Assembly (NCBI GenBank): GCA_965224705.1
Contig: OZ245056.1
Coordinates: forward strand, 1,600,001-1,664,000
Reading direction: 5' to 3'
Source of the DNA: Spirochaetaceae bacterium
GTDB lineage: Bacteria; Spirochaetota; Spirochaetia; DSM-2461
Length of the DNA: 64,000 nucleotides
In this document: piece after piece, positions 1 through 10,467 of the stretch
Position numbering within the stretch: the stretch's first letter is position 1
How the letters are laid out: every line of letters begins with the position of its first letter
Translations under genes and position numbers: made by a program
Notes under the pieces: generated by a model
Database searches by the model: none
The model's input: only the letters and a program-made list of their open reading frames with translations
What the model was told of the DNA's origin: nothing

Positions 1-1423
1 TGCCTCGTCATCACGGAAACTTCTGGCCGATCCAGCACAGAGCCGCATCCATCTCATTGGTGCCAAGGGTACGGGCATGTGTGCTCTGGCAGAGATACTT
101 GTTGCCCGGGGAGCCCATGTCAGCGGTTCGGATACTTCGGAGACATTCTACACGGATAGAATTCTGGATGAACTGGGAGTGCAGGTCAGCATTTTTGACC
201 AATCACCATTACCTGCCGACATCGATCTGGTTATATGCTCAGCCGCTTACGATGAGAGCAATCCTCATGTGGCTGCCGCAGGAACTCACGGATTGCCCAT
301 CCTCACTTATCCGGAAGCCCTGGGCTGTTTATCCGACTCCTATACGGCCATAGCTGTAACAGGAGTGCATGGAAAAACAACCACAACAGCGATGACTGGT
401 ACTTTGGTTAAGGCGCTGCATTTACCGGCCACAGTCGTGGTGGGCAGTGCTGTAGCAGGTTTTGGCAATCGCTCCACCTGGCAGGAAGGAGAAGAAGTTT
501 TCATCGCTGAAACCTGTGAATATCGCCGACATTTTCTGCACTATCACCCCCAGCGTATTGTTCTTACCAATGTTGAGAGTGATCATCAAGACTATTACCC
601 GGACTATTCATCAATCAAAACGGCATTCATTGAATTTACAGAATCTCTTCCGCCGAATGGGGAACTCATTTACTGCCAGGATGATGGCGGGGCCCGGGAA
701 GTTGCCGAAACTCTTTCCATTGAGCGTCCCGATGTTACCCTGACTCCTTACGGTGAAACCGCTGCCGGCCTCTGGGCTGTTGAATTTCTTGAATCGGCCC
801 CCGGCAGGAATAGATTTCGTCTGGCGGCCTTTGATATTGATTTTAATCTGGCCATTCCAGGGAGGCACATTGCTCTTGATGCCGCTGCTGCTCTGGCTCT
901 GGTGTCGTCATTAACTCCCAATCTGGATGTCTCAACGGCCGCAGATGCCCTCTCTGGTTTTCAAGGGAGTCGCCGCCGAAGTGAAATTATTGGAGAATCC
1001 GACGGCATATTGGTGATGGATGACTATGCCCACCATCCAACGGCCATCATGGCCACATTGAAAGGATTGAAGGAGTTTTATCCGGATCGCCGTCTTGTGG
1101 TGGATTTCATGCCCCATACGTATAGCAGGACGGCAGCATTGATGGATGACTTTGCCGATTGTTTCCAGCATGCGGACATTCTTTGCCTCCACCCCATATA
1201 TGCATCAGCCCGGGAATCAAATACGGGCAATGTCTCTGGAGAGGAATTAGCTCGAAGAACGGCTGAACGGCGCGGCGAGAAAACAACGGTCTACCATTCT
1301 GATTTTGATGAGTCCTGTATTTTCTATAAGAATCAGCTTTCTCCAGGCGATCTTTTCATCACTCTCGGTGCCGGAAATAACTGGTCCATAGGAAGACGGT
1401 TGTTTGGAGCGATGAACAGATGA
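1..1423 (+). CDS. murC: UDP-N-acetylmuramate--L-alanine ligase (5' end truncated by window edge)
   Basis: Frame is open from base 2 (..RIHLIGAKGTGM); motifs GVHGKTTTT, TNVESDHQD, DDYAHHPT. Confidence 0.95.
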   Translation, partial: ASSSRKLLADPAQSRIHLIGAKGTGMCALAEILVARGAHVSGSDTSETFYTDRILDELGVQVSIFDQSPLPADIDLVICSAAYDESNPHVAAAGTHGLPILTYPEALGCLSDSYTAIAVTGVHGKTTTTAMTGTLVKALHLPATVVVGSAVAGFGNRSTWQEGEEVFIAETCEYRRHFLHYHPQRIVLTNVESDHQDYYPDYSSIKTAFIEFTESLPPNGELIYCQDDGGAREVAETLSIERPDVTLTPYGETAAGLWAVEFLESAPGRNRFRLAAFDIDFNLAIPGRHIALDAAAALALVSSLTPNLDVSTAADALSGFQGSRRRSEIIGESDGILVMDDYAHHPTAIMATLKGLKEFYPDRRLVVDFMPHTYSRTAALMDDFADCFQHADILCLHPIYASARESNTGNVSGEELARRTAERRGEKTTVYHSDFDESCIFYKNQLSPGDLFITLGAGNNWSIGRRLFGAMNR

Positions 1424-2286
1424 ACAGTATGACTGGCTTCGGCTATGCCGAGAATGAGGACTCTGGAGTGCATATTTCTGCCGAATTGAAGTCTGTCAAC
1501 ACACGGTATCTGGATATAGCCGTTACCCTGCCCCAGGATCTTGCGATGTTTGAAAGCCGTGTACGCAGTATCCTTCAGGAGAAATTCCAGAGAGGACGAC
1601 TGGAACTTACTGTTCGAGTTCAAGAGATGGAGGATGCTCAGTCTGTCAAAGTTGACGAAAGTGCTGCCCTAAAGTGGAAATCCGCTCTGGAAAAACTTGC
1701 ATTGCTTCTGGACAGGGATGCAGAGATTACTCTGGATATGCTGATCCGCCAGGACGGGATTTTCAAAGTGGAAAGAGAGTGGGTATCCGAATCCTGTTGG
1801 CCTTTGCTGGAATCTTTGCTAGAATCAGCAGGAAAACAGGTACTTGCTGACCGGAAGCGTGAGGGACACCGATTGGCAAAGGATATTGAATGTCAACTTG
1901 TGGTAATTGAAAGTTCTCTGGCTCAGATTACCCGGCGTGCTCCTCAAATAAAAGAAGAGATAGAGTCAATGCTGCGCAATCAATTCCAGAACTTTGTTGG
2001 AAACGGCGCTGATGATGCACGTGTCCTGACTGAAATTGCTGCATGGATCATCAAACTTGACATCAACGAAGAGATAGTGCGGTTGAGTTCTCATATAGAT
2101 GCTTTTCGGAGTATTTCTCATGTTCAGGGTGTTCGTGGGAAAAAACTGGATTTCCTGAGTCAGGAAATAAGCCGCGAAATAAACACTATAGGGTCAAAGT
2201 CACAGCGTGCAGATGTTAGCCGTCTGGTGGTCGATATGAAAGATGCCGTGGAAAAAATACGGGAGCAGTTGCGTAATGTTGAATGA
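1420..2286 (+). CDS. yicC: YicC/YloC family endoribonuclease
   Basis: MNSMTGFG start, ELKSVN.RYLD, GKKLDFLSQE..REINTIGSK, EKIREQL.NVE. Confidence 0.93.
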   Translation: MNSMTGFGYAENEDSGVHISAELKSVNTRYLDIAVTLPQDLAMFESRVRSILQEKFQRGRLELTVRVQEMEDAQSVKVDESAALKWKSALEKLALLLDRDAEITLDMLIRQDGIFKVEREWVSESCWPLLESLLESAGKQVLADRKREGHRLAKDIECQLVVIESSLAQITRRAPQIKEEIESMLRNQFQNFVGNGADDARVLTEIAAWIIKLDINEEIVRLSSHIDAFRSISHVQGVRGKKLDFLSQEISREINTIGSKSQRADVSRLVVDMKDAVEKIREQLRNVE

Positions 2287-2821
2287 TATTCGCATAGCTA
2301 TATCCGGTCGAAGTGGGTGTGGAAATACAACGGTGAGCCGTGCTCTTGCAGATTATTTTGGTCTTCGTTTTATCAATTACACATTCAGAAGTATTGCTGA
2401 GGAGGATGGTCTCACCTTTGAGGAAATAACCCGCAGAGCAGAGCTCAGTGATGATGATGATCTTCGAGTTGATACAACACAGATCGAGTTAGCCCGTCAG
2501 TCACCCTCAGTTCTTGGCTCCCGTCTGGCAATCTGGATGTTGAAGGAAGCTGATCTCAAGGTATTCCTTACAGCTCCTCTTGAAACACGAGCTGGACGAA
2601 TTCGAAAAAGAGAAGGGGGTACTCTGGAACATGCTGTCACCTCCACGATGTCAAGAGATGAACGGGATCATTCTCGATACCTGAGACTTTATGGTATTGA
2701 TAACTACGATCTCAATATGGCGGATCTGGTGGTGAACACGGACAGATTCAATGTTAACCAGGTTGTAGATATCATCAAATCTGCTGCAAATGCCATAATC
2801 TACAATAAAACCTTAGTGTGA
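2276..2821 (+). CDS. cmk: Cytidylate kinase-like protein (archaeal-type Cmk family)
   Basis: IAISGRSGCGNTT P-loop variant, ADLKVFLTA, R..RY..LYGID; start placed at the ATG overlapping the yicC end. Confidence 0.75.
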   Translation: MLNDIRIAISGRSGCGNTTVSRALADYFGLRFINYTFRSIAEEDGLTFEEITRRAELSDDDDLRVDTTQIELARQSPSVLGSRLAIWMLKEADLKVFLTAPLETRAGRIRKREGGTLEHAVTSTMSRDERDHSRYLRLYGIDNYDLNMADLVVNTDRFNVNQVVDIIKSAANAIIYNKTLV

Positions 2822-3095
2822 GTTACCCGGTGCCCGAAAGCCTGTAAAACCCCCTTCAACCCATCCCGGGAGTCAAAATGCTATCCGTAAAGAGCAGCTT
2901 ATGTACAACATGCTTCTGTGTGAGACGAGTTGTGTATCGAAAACCATTTTTTTGCTTCGGGGCACTGAAATTGATACATTTCGGGCTAAGACAGTGAGGG
3001 AATAACATGGTAATTTTTTTATAAGTTGTTTTCTTACTATGGTATAACAAGATTGAAATGGATTCTTACTGCATTAACAAGCTTTCTGACACAGG

Positions 3096-4010
3096 TTAAA
3101 ACAATTCAGGCTGCTTCAGCATCTCCGGATCAAGTTTCGCTTTTTCAGCCAGTCGAAATGGCTCAACTCTGTCATGAATGGCAAAAAGCTCTTCCATTAC
3201 TCTATCCACCACGTATTGCTTGGGATCTGTGCCGTCTGGAGTGCAGGATTCTGCCTTTTTCTTAAACAGCCTGCCATTGAAAATCTCGGAGCAGGTGAAA
3301 ACCATGAGATCACATTTTGGTAAATCCTCTTCCATGTTTTCAGATTCATCGGGCGGCAGGGTGTTTCCATTAATACCCATAAGCACAACATTGTCGAAGG
3401 TCTTCAAATAAGAATGTATCTCCCGAACACCTTTCCGAGTGTTTTCCTTCCAGGGTCTGTATCGAGTACCGGATGGAAAAACGACGATAACCCGTCCATT
3501 ATTCTTATGGTGAATCATTTCCCTCATGGCTGCATGGTTAATTGGGACACTGGTTTTACGAATTTCCCTGAGTTCCTGCGGATCTTCTATACTGTCAAGA
3601 GTTCGACTGGGGTAGATGATGATGGCATCATAAGAACGAGTGAAATTGGCTGTAAGGAAGTTCGTTTCACTTAGTTTCATACCCCGCATTGGAAGAAGTC
3701 TTTCTGCACACTCCAGACCAAGCTCTTCCGTCTTCTCTGTCAGTCGGAAAAGCATTGGAAAATCGAAATTGCTGTAATGCTCGGCTAGAATCAGGCAGGA
3801 TTCCCCGGCTCTGCACCGGCAAAAAAGCTCTACAAGGACCTGAACATTGTCTATTCGGCTTCCTGGCAGAAGAAACAGATCCAATATACTCCCGATAATG
3901 GCGCGACTATTCGCACTTCCAATCTGGAATACGTTTTCCGGGGTTAGATCATAGTTCCCTTTGGTAGAACTTATTTCCAGTATTTTTGTTTTTATTTCTT
4001 TCAGAGTCAT
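3096..4010 (-). CDS. Glycerol-3-phosphate/lysophospholipid acyltransferase
   Basis: HxxxxD motif (EHYSNFD) and VFPSGTR acyltransferase block. Confidence 0.8.
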   Translation of the reverse strand: MTLKEIKTKILEISSTKGNYDLTPENVFQIGSANSRAIIGSILDLFLLPGSRIDNVQVLVELFCRCRAGESCLILAEHYSNFDFPMLFRLTEKTEELGLECAERLLPMRGMKLSETNFLTANFTRSYDAIIIYPSRTLDSIEDPQELREIRKTSVPINHAAMREMIHHKNNGRVIVVFPSGTRYRPWKENTRKGVREIHSYLKTFDNVVLMGINGNTLPPDESENMEEDLPKCDLMVFTCSEIFNGRLFKKKAESCTPDGTDPKQYVVDRVMEELFAIHDRVEPFRLAEKAKLDPEMLKQPELF

Positions 4011-4079
4011 GAATTAATTAACATCCTCTTTTTAGAGACCCATGTAAGGGGAATCTTCCCGGGATGTTTCCATCATTCA

Positions 4080-4781
4080 CTATGGCAGAATAGATGCTGA
4101 TTCGCCCCATCCGTTTATCTGTACCCTCTTATTTGCCGGATCAATGATTTCTTTTCCATCAACAACATAGCGATAAAAACGGGCAGTCTCTGGAATATCA
4201 ACTACTGTAGAATAATAACCAGGTTGGATCAAGGACTCTTCCAGAGGAATAAGAAATGGATCCCAACGATTGAAATCTCCGATTACAGAGACACGGGAAC
4301 CAGAATCCCCTTTATAACCGAATCGAAAAACACTGTCAGAGAGACGGCTCACTCCGGTGGCCGGTGTAATCGAAATTTCCGGGAGACTCAAAAAAGAGAT
4401 TTGAATTCCATGATTATCAGACTCAATATCAGCATATGGGTCAATCGTCCACAAACCATCAACTATTAACCGGTATCGCAAAACTGTCATTCCTTCCGGT
4501 CTGGGAAAGAATAGAACAAATACATCATGTTGATTTTTTTGAAAGGTGTGTAACTGCCGGAATTGGTCATGCTCGAAAGCTATGGACACAGTCCGTGTCT
4601 TTTTTGTTCCAAGGTAGCTGAAAACAATGGTATCCTGAGTTAGAATCGGTTTAAAAGACTTTTCTGTATGAAGAAATCTATAGTTCAATTCAGCATTGAA
4701 GGGAGCAGAATAACCCAACTCTATGAATGAGACGAGAATCACAGCAATGAGAACATTATTTCTGAATCTGTTTCTTCTCAT
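4080..4781 (-). CDS. Secreted protein with two carbohydrate-binding (CBM48/AMPK-beta-like) domains
   Basis: N-terminal signal-like segment; YRLIVDGLW..DP and V.GDFN.W...YRYVVDG...DP.N motifs. Confidence 0.75.
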   Translation of the reverse strand: MRRNRFRNNVLIAVILVSFIELGYSAPFNAELNYRFLHTEKSFKPILTQDTIVFSYLGTKKTRTVSIAFEHDQFRQLHTFQKNQHDVFVLFFPRPEGMTVLRYRLIVDGLWTIDPYADIESDNHGIQISFLSLPEISITPATGVSRLSDSVFRFGYKGDSGSRVSVIGDFNRWDPFLIPLEESLIQPGYYSTVVDIPETARFYRYVVDGKEIIDPANKRVQINGWGESASILP

Positions 4782-4801
4782 GCCCTGCCCATCTCATTAT
4801 A

Positions 4802-4828
4802 TTTTCGGTCAAAACAGAATTGGCTTTA
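4802..4828 (-). promoter_or_regulatory. Candidate sigma28 (FliA) promoter for the 4080-4781 gene
   Basis: Minus strand reads TAAA-N15-ACCGAAAA; consensus is TAAA-N15-GCCGATAA. Confidence 0.4.
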
Positions 4829-4832
4829 ATCC

Positions 4833-4859
4833 TCCAATGCAAAGAATTCCCGCCGATAC
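4833..4859 (+). promoter_or_regulatory. Candidate sigma28 (FliA) promoter for flcA
   Basis: TCCA-N15-GCCGATAC ending 25 nt upstream of the ATG of a flagellar gene. Confidence 0.45.
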
Positions 4860-4884
4860 TATATGGGAATAGGACAGATTACTC

Positions 4885-7623
4885 ATGCCAACTCTTGACG
4901 AATTGAAGAAATTCAAAACTCGAATCGACCAGCTCGGTAATGAGCCTGAAATTCTTGCCAGCCGCGGTGAAAAAATTGCAGATCTGGAAGATATCGCACC
5001 TCCCGCAGTAACGGAAGCACAAACAGCTGAGACACCAACGGATGAGGCAGACAGTGATATCGAAGATATGGATACCCTTCTCAGTTCCTATACGGACGAT
5101 CTGGGAGAACTCGATAAGACTGATAGTTTTGAAGACTTCGATAAGCCTGACGATGAAGAAAAGCCTGATGAAGAACTGGCAGAAGAGCCGCCGGTCGTTG
5201 ATGAATCTCAAGAAAAAACTTCCCCTGTTTCGTCCATTCAATCCTATTCATTGGATATTGAGGAGTCTCCTGAGGATAGTCAGCAGTTTTCACTTGAAGA
5301 CTTTGGGGATGAATTCAGTTCCATTGATGAGGATAAAAGTGTTGATGAAGTTATCAGCCAGGACGACATTGCTCTTCCAAAGGATGATTTTTCAGACTCA
5401 GGTGATGAAGATTCTTCATTTTCTCTTGAAGAAGATGAGTTCCAAAGATTACAGAATGCCATTAACAACTTCCCGCAAAATCTGAAACTGGTTATTGAGA
5501 GCTTTCTGGGTGATGACCGCTGGGAAGTAGACACTGTTAAGGAATTCATTGATGCAATACTTAAAGGTGAAAGTCTCAAGTCCCTTGTTCATCGTTACTA
5601 CAGCATAACGAAAAGAAGAATAATACTTCCAAGAAGATATAAAAAGCAATCAGGTGAATTTTTTGAGAAACGCCGTGCTCTTTACATCTACCAGCTATTC
5701 AATAAGCACTGGCCCCTGTTGCAAAAAACACTCCTGGTTGTGGGTGCTGTCTGGATAATGGGATTATCGCTGTTTACGTGGGTGTATCGTCCTTTAGTAG
5801 CAGAAATCCTGTATACAAGAGGGTTGGATTCTATTGCAATGGACGAAAAGGATGCGGCTGTAGACTCCTTCAATGATGCATGGAATGGATGGCCATTATT
5901 TACTTCATCCGATGATGATATCGGAGAATCTCCAATAGTTGTGAAGGGTTGGAAAAACAAAAATCGATGGCTGGATTATGCACGTGCATTCCGGAAGCGA
6001 AAATACTGGGATGAAGCGGCGGATTTCTACTCGGGTTATCTTGCTGTGAAACCAGACGCCATTGATGAACGTATTGAATTTGGGCGATTTCTTTACGATG
6101 TCCTTGGGAAGCATGAGTCTGCAATACAGGTACTTGAGAGTTCTTCAAAACTTTTCCAGAGACATCCTGAATTAATCCTTGCTGCCGGAGATGTCTACCT
6201 CGATTGGGCCGATACTGACCCATCCAGATATGAAAATGCCCGGCTGAACTATGCCAGAGCACTTGAACGAGCTCGAAAGAATGAACGGGCAATACTATCC
6301 ATGATGCGTTATCATCTGCGGCTGAAAAACCGTAAAGAAGTCTACACACTTCTACCCATTTTCAATGATGAAGTTCCAGGAGATTCATCAGAACCAGAGC
6401 TAGCGGCCGAGGTATTCTCCAACCTGGCTGAATTCCACCTGGAAGAGGAAAACATGGATGAGGCTCATCGCTTCATTACGCTGGCTGAACATGCGGACCC
6501 CGCTGCTCCAGAACCATTTTACGTCAGCGCCCTGTATTGGCGGCTCCAGGGTAATGAGCAGGCAGAGCTGAGCAGTTTGCAGCAAACTCTAATCAATCTT
6601 GACAGAATGGAATCATTGAAGCACAACCACATAAAAATGCAGGTGCTGACTCTGGGCGGTATAGGTATTCTTTATTCTGAACAGGCTTCCCGTCTTAGTC
6701 CAGATTCAAGAGACGCAGGCGAAGTTCGCAGCATGGCATTGGATAATCTCAATAGGGCAGTGAATCTTTACAGCGATGCCCATTCCCGGAAGATCCTGGC
6801 TGCCTCTCCTGAATATGGCAGCATTTTTCTCGGATTCGGGAATTTCTTATATCAAACAAATAAAGGTGAATCAGAATTTTCCCTTGAAACAAATCAGGAA
6901 TCATTAAGAATTCCTGATGACAGCATGAGTAATCTATGGCTGGCTGAGCATTACTACAATCGGGCAGAAGAGCTGTATGACAGGGGAAATGGAAGTTCCA
7001 ATCTACCTGACAGAGCGTTATATAGACGAGCCTATGTGAGACATCTTCTGGGGATGGATGGGGCTGTTGCTGACTTTCATCGCATTTCCAGACGTCGTCC
7101 TGATGATTACAATTCCCGACTTGCCCTGGCAGCAGTTCTTCTGGATTCTGGAGATTATGAGGCATCCCGAATTCAATACCAGCGCTCTATCGAACTTCTG
7201 GATGAGGAACTCAATTCATCAATGGGCATTCTGGACTTTGAGAATAAAAGTGCCCATAGAGAGCTCTTCATTCGTTATGTAGCAGCCTGGAACAATCTTG
7301 GTGTCAGCCAAGCCCGGTCTGCCGCAGGAAGAGGTGGACGCAATGATGACTACGCTGCTGCCCTGAGTGCATTTACCACAGCTTCTGAGTTTCTTGACAG
7401 AGTTACGATAGATCAGACAGCCCTGAACTCTCGAGGTGTTACCGGGCTGCGGGATGATAACAGCCGCAGGATAGTTGAAAGAATTGACGGTTTGAATTTC
7501 TTAAAAGAGAAAGCAACCCTGCCTCATCACAACAGACTCATCCTGCTTGGGAAAAATGAAACAAGTTTTGAAGAAACTGACTACCTTGCTTATTCTGGAA
7601 TACCATCAGATTTTGGCTCCTGA
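4885..7623 (+). CDS. flcA: Periplasmic flagellar collar protein FlcA-like (TPR protein)
   Basis: MP.LDEL..FK start, acidic cytoplasmic N-region, one TM helix (~aa 280-300), TPR-rich C-region; resembles spirochaete FlcA architecture. Confidence 0.7.
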   Translation: MPTLDELKKFKTRIDQLGNEPEILASRGEKIADLEDIAPPAVTEAQTAETPTDEADSDIEDMDTLLSSYTDDLGELDKTDSFEDFDKPDDEEKPDEELAEEPPVVDESQEKTSPVSSIQSYSLDIEESPEDSQQFSLEDFGDEFSSIDEDKSVDEVISQDDIALPKDDFSDSGDEDSSFSLEEDEFQRLQNAINNFPQNLKLVIESFLGDDRWEVDTVKEFIDAILKGESLKSLVHRYYSITKRRIILPRRYKKQSGEFFEKRRALYIYQLFNKHWPLLQKTLLVVGAVWIMGLSLFTWVYRPLVAEILYTRGLDSIAMDEKDAAVDSFNDAWNGWPLFTSSDDDIGESPIVVKGWKNKNRWLDYARAFRKRKYWDEAADFYSGYLAVKPDAIDERIEFGRFLYDVLGKHESAIQVLESSSKLFQRHPELILAAGDVYLDWADTDPSRYENARLNYARALERARKNERAILSMMRYHLRLKNRKEVYTLLPIFNDEVPGDSSEPELAAEVFSNLAEFHLEEENMDEAHRFITLAEHADPAAPEPFYVSALYWRLQGNEQAELSSLQQTLINLDRMESLKHNHIKMQVLTLGGIGILYSEQASRLSPDSRDAGEVRSMALDNLNRAVNLYSDAHSRKILAASPEYGSIFLGFGNFLYQTNKGESEFSLETNQESLRIPDDSMSNLWLAEHYYNRAEELYDRGNGSSNLPDRALYRRAYVRHLLGMDGAVADFHRISRRRPDDYNSRLALAAVLLDSGDYEASRIQYQRSIELLDEELNSSMGILDFENKSAHRELFIRYVAAWNNLGVSQARSAAGRGGRNDDYAAALSAFTTASEFLDRVTIDQTALNSRGVTGLRDDNSRRIVERIDGLNFLKEKATLPHHNRLILLGKNETSFEETDYLAYSGIPSDFGS

Positions 7624-7630
7624 CAGTTTT

Positions 7631-8713
7631 CTAAATCGTCACCATCCAGCCATGATGATCTTCAATTTTACCAAATTGAATCCCCTTGAGCTCCCTGAGT
7701 AACCGGTACGCTGTTGAATCATCGTTCAAACTTGAGAATTGCTTTGTTTCTCCCTTATGAGTAAGAGATTTCAAAGGGGTAACCCCAACTGCGGTTCCTG
7801 TGAAAAAGAATTCTATGGCACTATCAAAAACCTCTGATATGGATAAATCTCTTTCCAAAACATCCATTCCCATTTCCCGGGCCAGTATCATGACAGATTC
7901 CCGAGTTATACCCGGAAGTATGGTGTCTTTCAGCGCTGGTGTTACCAGTGTTCCATTAGAGAACAGGGCAAAACAGTTACATGATGATCCTTCTTCGATG
8001 TTCTTCCCGGTCATGGCATCCATGAACACAGATTCCATATAACCTGCATCTATTGCTTCAGCCTTGGCCAGGGTGGAAGTGACATAGTTTGCGGCTGTTT
8101 TAATCCATCCAGTTCCGCCGGGAGTAGCACGAATTCGTGTTGAAGTGACAGCTTCGTTCTTACCAAGCTGGAAATATGCCGAAACCGTTGTACAGACAGT
8201 GATAACCCAGGGCTTTCTGGAAAGGTTGACCCCAATACCAGGTTCGGAAACAGCAAAGGGCCGAATATAGACAGTATCAGCATTCTGCCAGATATCATCT
8301 TCCCATGCAGCATCATATGCTGGAGTAAAACCCAGATCGTAGTTCCGGCGTACGATTCCGATAATTGTTTTGAGCATGAGATTTTCTGGTACAGGCGGCA
8401 TTCTAAGACCCCGCATGGAGGCTGCCATCCTCTGGCTGTTCTTCTCAGGTCTGAATAACTTGAGGGTGCCGTTCTTTTGGGGATATGCTTTGAGGCCTTC
8501 AAAGCAGCCAAGCCCGTACTGACTTGTATAATTTACCATGGGAAAACCGGGTATGTGGTTCCTTCTGGACATCATTTTATTGTAATCTTCTGGATCCATC
8601 CGGGATTCTTCCGCAGGCGTGAGGTGTTCATGCTCAATGTACCGGTCATCCCAACTCTCCCCATTGAAATAAGCAAAATGGACACATGGGTAAATTGAGA
8701 GTTTGAAATGCAT
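7631..8713 (-). CDS. ilvE: Branched-chain amino acid aminotransferase (class IV)
   Basis: YG.GCFEGLKAY, LFRP..N..RM, K.AANY, ILPGITR, FFTGTA. Confidence 0.92.
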   Translation of the reverse strand: MHFKLSIYPCVHFAYFNGESWDDRYIEHEHLTPAEESRMDPEDYNKMMSRRNHIPGFPMVNYTSQYGLGCFEGLKAYPQKNGTLKLFRPEKNSQRMAASMRGLRMPPVPENLMLKTIIGIVRRNYDLGFTPAYDAAWEDDIWQNADTVYIRPFAVSEPGIGVNLSRKPWVITVCTTVSAYFQLGKNEAVTSTRIRATPGGTGWIKTAANYVTSTLAKAEAIDAGYMESVFMDAMTGKNIEEGSSCNCFALFSNGTLVTPALKDTILPGITRESVMILAREMGMDVLERDLSISEVFDSAIEFFFTGTAVGVTPLKSLTHKGETKQFSSLNDDSTAYRLLRELKGIQFGKIEDHHGWMVTI

Positions 8714-8806
8714 CTTTCCATCCTTGCAATCTATAAACTGAGTATTTATTATATTCTACTACTATAGTAGAGTCGAGCCAGTTTTACAGGAGTTTCTCAT
8801 AACAGA

Positions 8807-9874
8807 ATGGTAAACAATGTCATTATAATGGCAGGGGGCGCAGGAAAACGGCTGTGGCCAGCGTCACTTGGAAAACGTCCCAAGCAGTTCATGAGGGTTG
8901 GGGATAGGGCCAGTTTGTTCAGAAATACTCTGGAAAGAGCCTTCAAACTTGGAATTGATGGCTCAGTGTATGTGATAACCCATCAGGATCATGCGGCCAC
9001 TGCTCTGGAAGATTGCAGGGGGATTGAGGAAGCTTTGAGATCCCGTATAGTTATAATGGCGGAACCTGTTGCACGCAATACAGCCCCGGCCCTGGCTCTG
9101 GCTGCTGCCGGTATGATTCTGGCCGGGAAACTGAGTGAAACCAGTCTTGTTATGGCCGCAGATCACATCATTTCCCCGATAGAAGCTTTTATATCATCGG
9201 TGGAGACCGCCTCTGTTGAAGCCGAAAGAGGGTTTATTGTTCCATACGGCGTTGTCCCGGATCACCCTTCGACTGGATATGGCTACATTGAAGCAGGGAA
9301 GTCTGTCGGCGGAGGATTTGAGGTCAATTCATTTCATGAAAAACCAGACCGGAGATTAGCAGAGAACTATCTGGAATCGGGAAAGCATTACTGGAATGCC
9401 GGTCTTTTTACATACAGGAACAATGTGTTTCTTGATGAATTGAATCAATGGAGCCCAGAGATTGCCAGGGTATTTGCCTCTCCAGAGGAAGAATGGTTTA
9501 ATCGCCGCACTGATAGCGATATCACGGTTCTGGAGCCTACAGAATCATTGGTTAACCGTTATCTACAATGCCAGTCAATCTCTGTGGATTACGCTGTGAT
9601 GGAAAAAACGGACAAAATCCGGATGGTGAAGGCTGAATTTGAGTGGAATGATGTTGGCAGCTGGGATACCGTTTCAGCAATAGGCTCTCCATCTCAAGCT
9701 CCTGTCTATTCACATCAATCAAAGGGAAATTTTGTTTATTCTGATCTTCCGGTCGCTCTTTGTGGAGTTGACAACCTCATTGTCGCTGTTGCCAACGGCA
9801 GAGTGATGATATGCCGCAGGGGTCAAAGCCAACTGGTAAAAGAGGCTGCCGAAGAAGATTTGAAGAATTCCTGA
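8807..9874 (+). CDS. Mannose-1-phosphate guanylyltransferase
   Basis: IMAGG.GKRLWP.S...RPKQF, EP.ARNTAPA, TGYGYI, FHEKP, WNAG.F, SVDYAVMEK, WNDVGSW. Confidence 0.92.
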   Translation: MVNNVIIMAGGAGKRLWPASLGKRPKQFMRVGDRASLFRNTLERAFKLGIDGSVYVITHQDHAATALEDCRGIEEALRSRIVIMAEPVARNTAPALALAAAGMILAGKLSETSLVMAADHIISPIEAFISSVETASVEAERGFIVPYGVVPDHPSTGYGYIEAGKSVGGGFEVNSFHEKPDRRLAENYLESGKHYWNAGLFTYRNNVFLDELNQWSPEIARVFASPEEEWFNRRTDSDITVLEPTESLVNRYLQCQSISVDYAVMEKTDKIRMVKAEFEWNDVGSWDTVSAIGSPSQAPVYSHQSKGNFVYSDLPVALCGVDNLIVAVANGRVMICRRGQSQLVKEAAEEDLKNS

Positions 9875-9955
9875 ATTCTTTTTCAGATTCACGATAAAAA
9901 GCAGTTTGCAGCCAGTCATATAAGGTGACGCTTAACAACAGACAGGAGGCAAGCG

Positions 9956-10360
9956 ATGAACAATTTAAATTCTATTATTCTTGAGGGAAATCTTACAAAA
10001 GATCCTGAACTCAAACAAACCCCCAGGGGAACCCCGGTATGCCGTTTCACGGTGGCCTCGAATCGGTTCTACAAGACCGAGGATGAACGCAGGGAGGAGG
10101 TTAGTTTCTTTGAAGTGGAGGTATGGTCTCGACTGGCGGAAACATGCGGCGAGTATCTTTCCAAGGGCCGGGGGGTGAGAGTCGTTGGACGGCTCAAACA
10201 GGATCGCTGGGCCGCAACTGACGGCTCCCTGAGATCCCGTATTCATATTGTCGGTGAGCATGTAGAGTTTCAGAGCAAAGCATGGTCTGCCCAGTCTCCT
10301 GCTTCCGAAGCCGTAGCAAGTGAATCAGATGTGAGAAAAGAAGCTGTGCCAGCCTATTAG
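9956..10360 (+). CDS. ssb: Single-stranded DNA-binding protein
   Basis: N.IIL.GNLTKDPE, LA..C..YL.KG..V.V.GRL; AGGAGG RBS. Confidence 0.95.
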   Translation: MNNLNSIILEGNLTKDPELKQTPRGTPVCRFTVASNRFYKTEDERREEVSFFEVEVWSRLAETCGEYLSKGRGVRVVGRLKQDRWAATDGSLRSRIHIVGEHVEFQSKAWSAQSPASEAVASESDVRKEAVPAY

Positions 10361-10383
10361 TGGATATTTCTTTTTGAGAATGA

Positions 10384-10467
10384 GGCTGTGTCCGTGATTT
10401 TATGTGGTGCGTGGGAGGTTGAATATGCAGTGTGCATCACAGATAGAAAACGATTACGGATACAGCC
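10384..10467 (+). other. 84-nt long hairpin downstream of ssb (structured RNA or IS-derived mini-element)
   Basis: 15-bp outer stem GGCTGTGTCCGTGAT/ATTACGGATACAGCC and 10-bp inner stem TGTGGTGCGT/GTGCATCACA; all mismatches are G-U pairs on the + strand. Confidence 0.5.

Noticed and set aside
2830..2965. Possible MITE or ncRNA in the cmk-acyltransferase gap (GTGCCCGAAAGC...GCTTCGGGGCAC)
   Set aside because: Short imperfect inverted repeat, no TSD, no second copy in the window.
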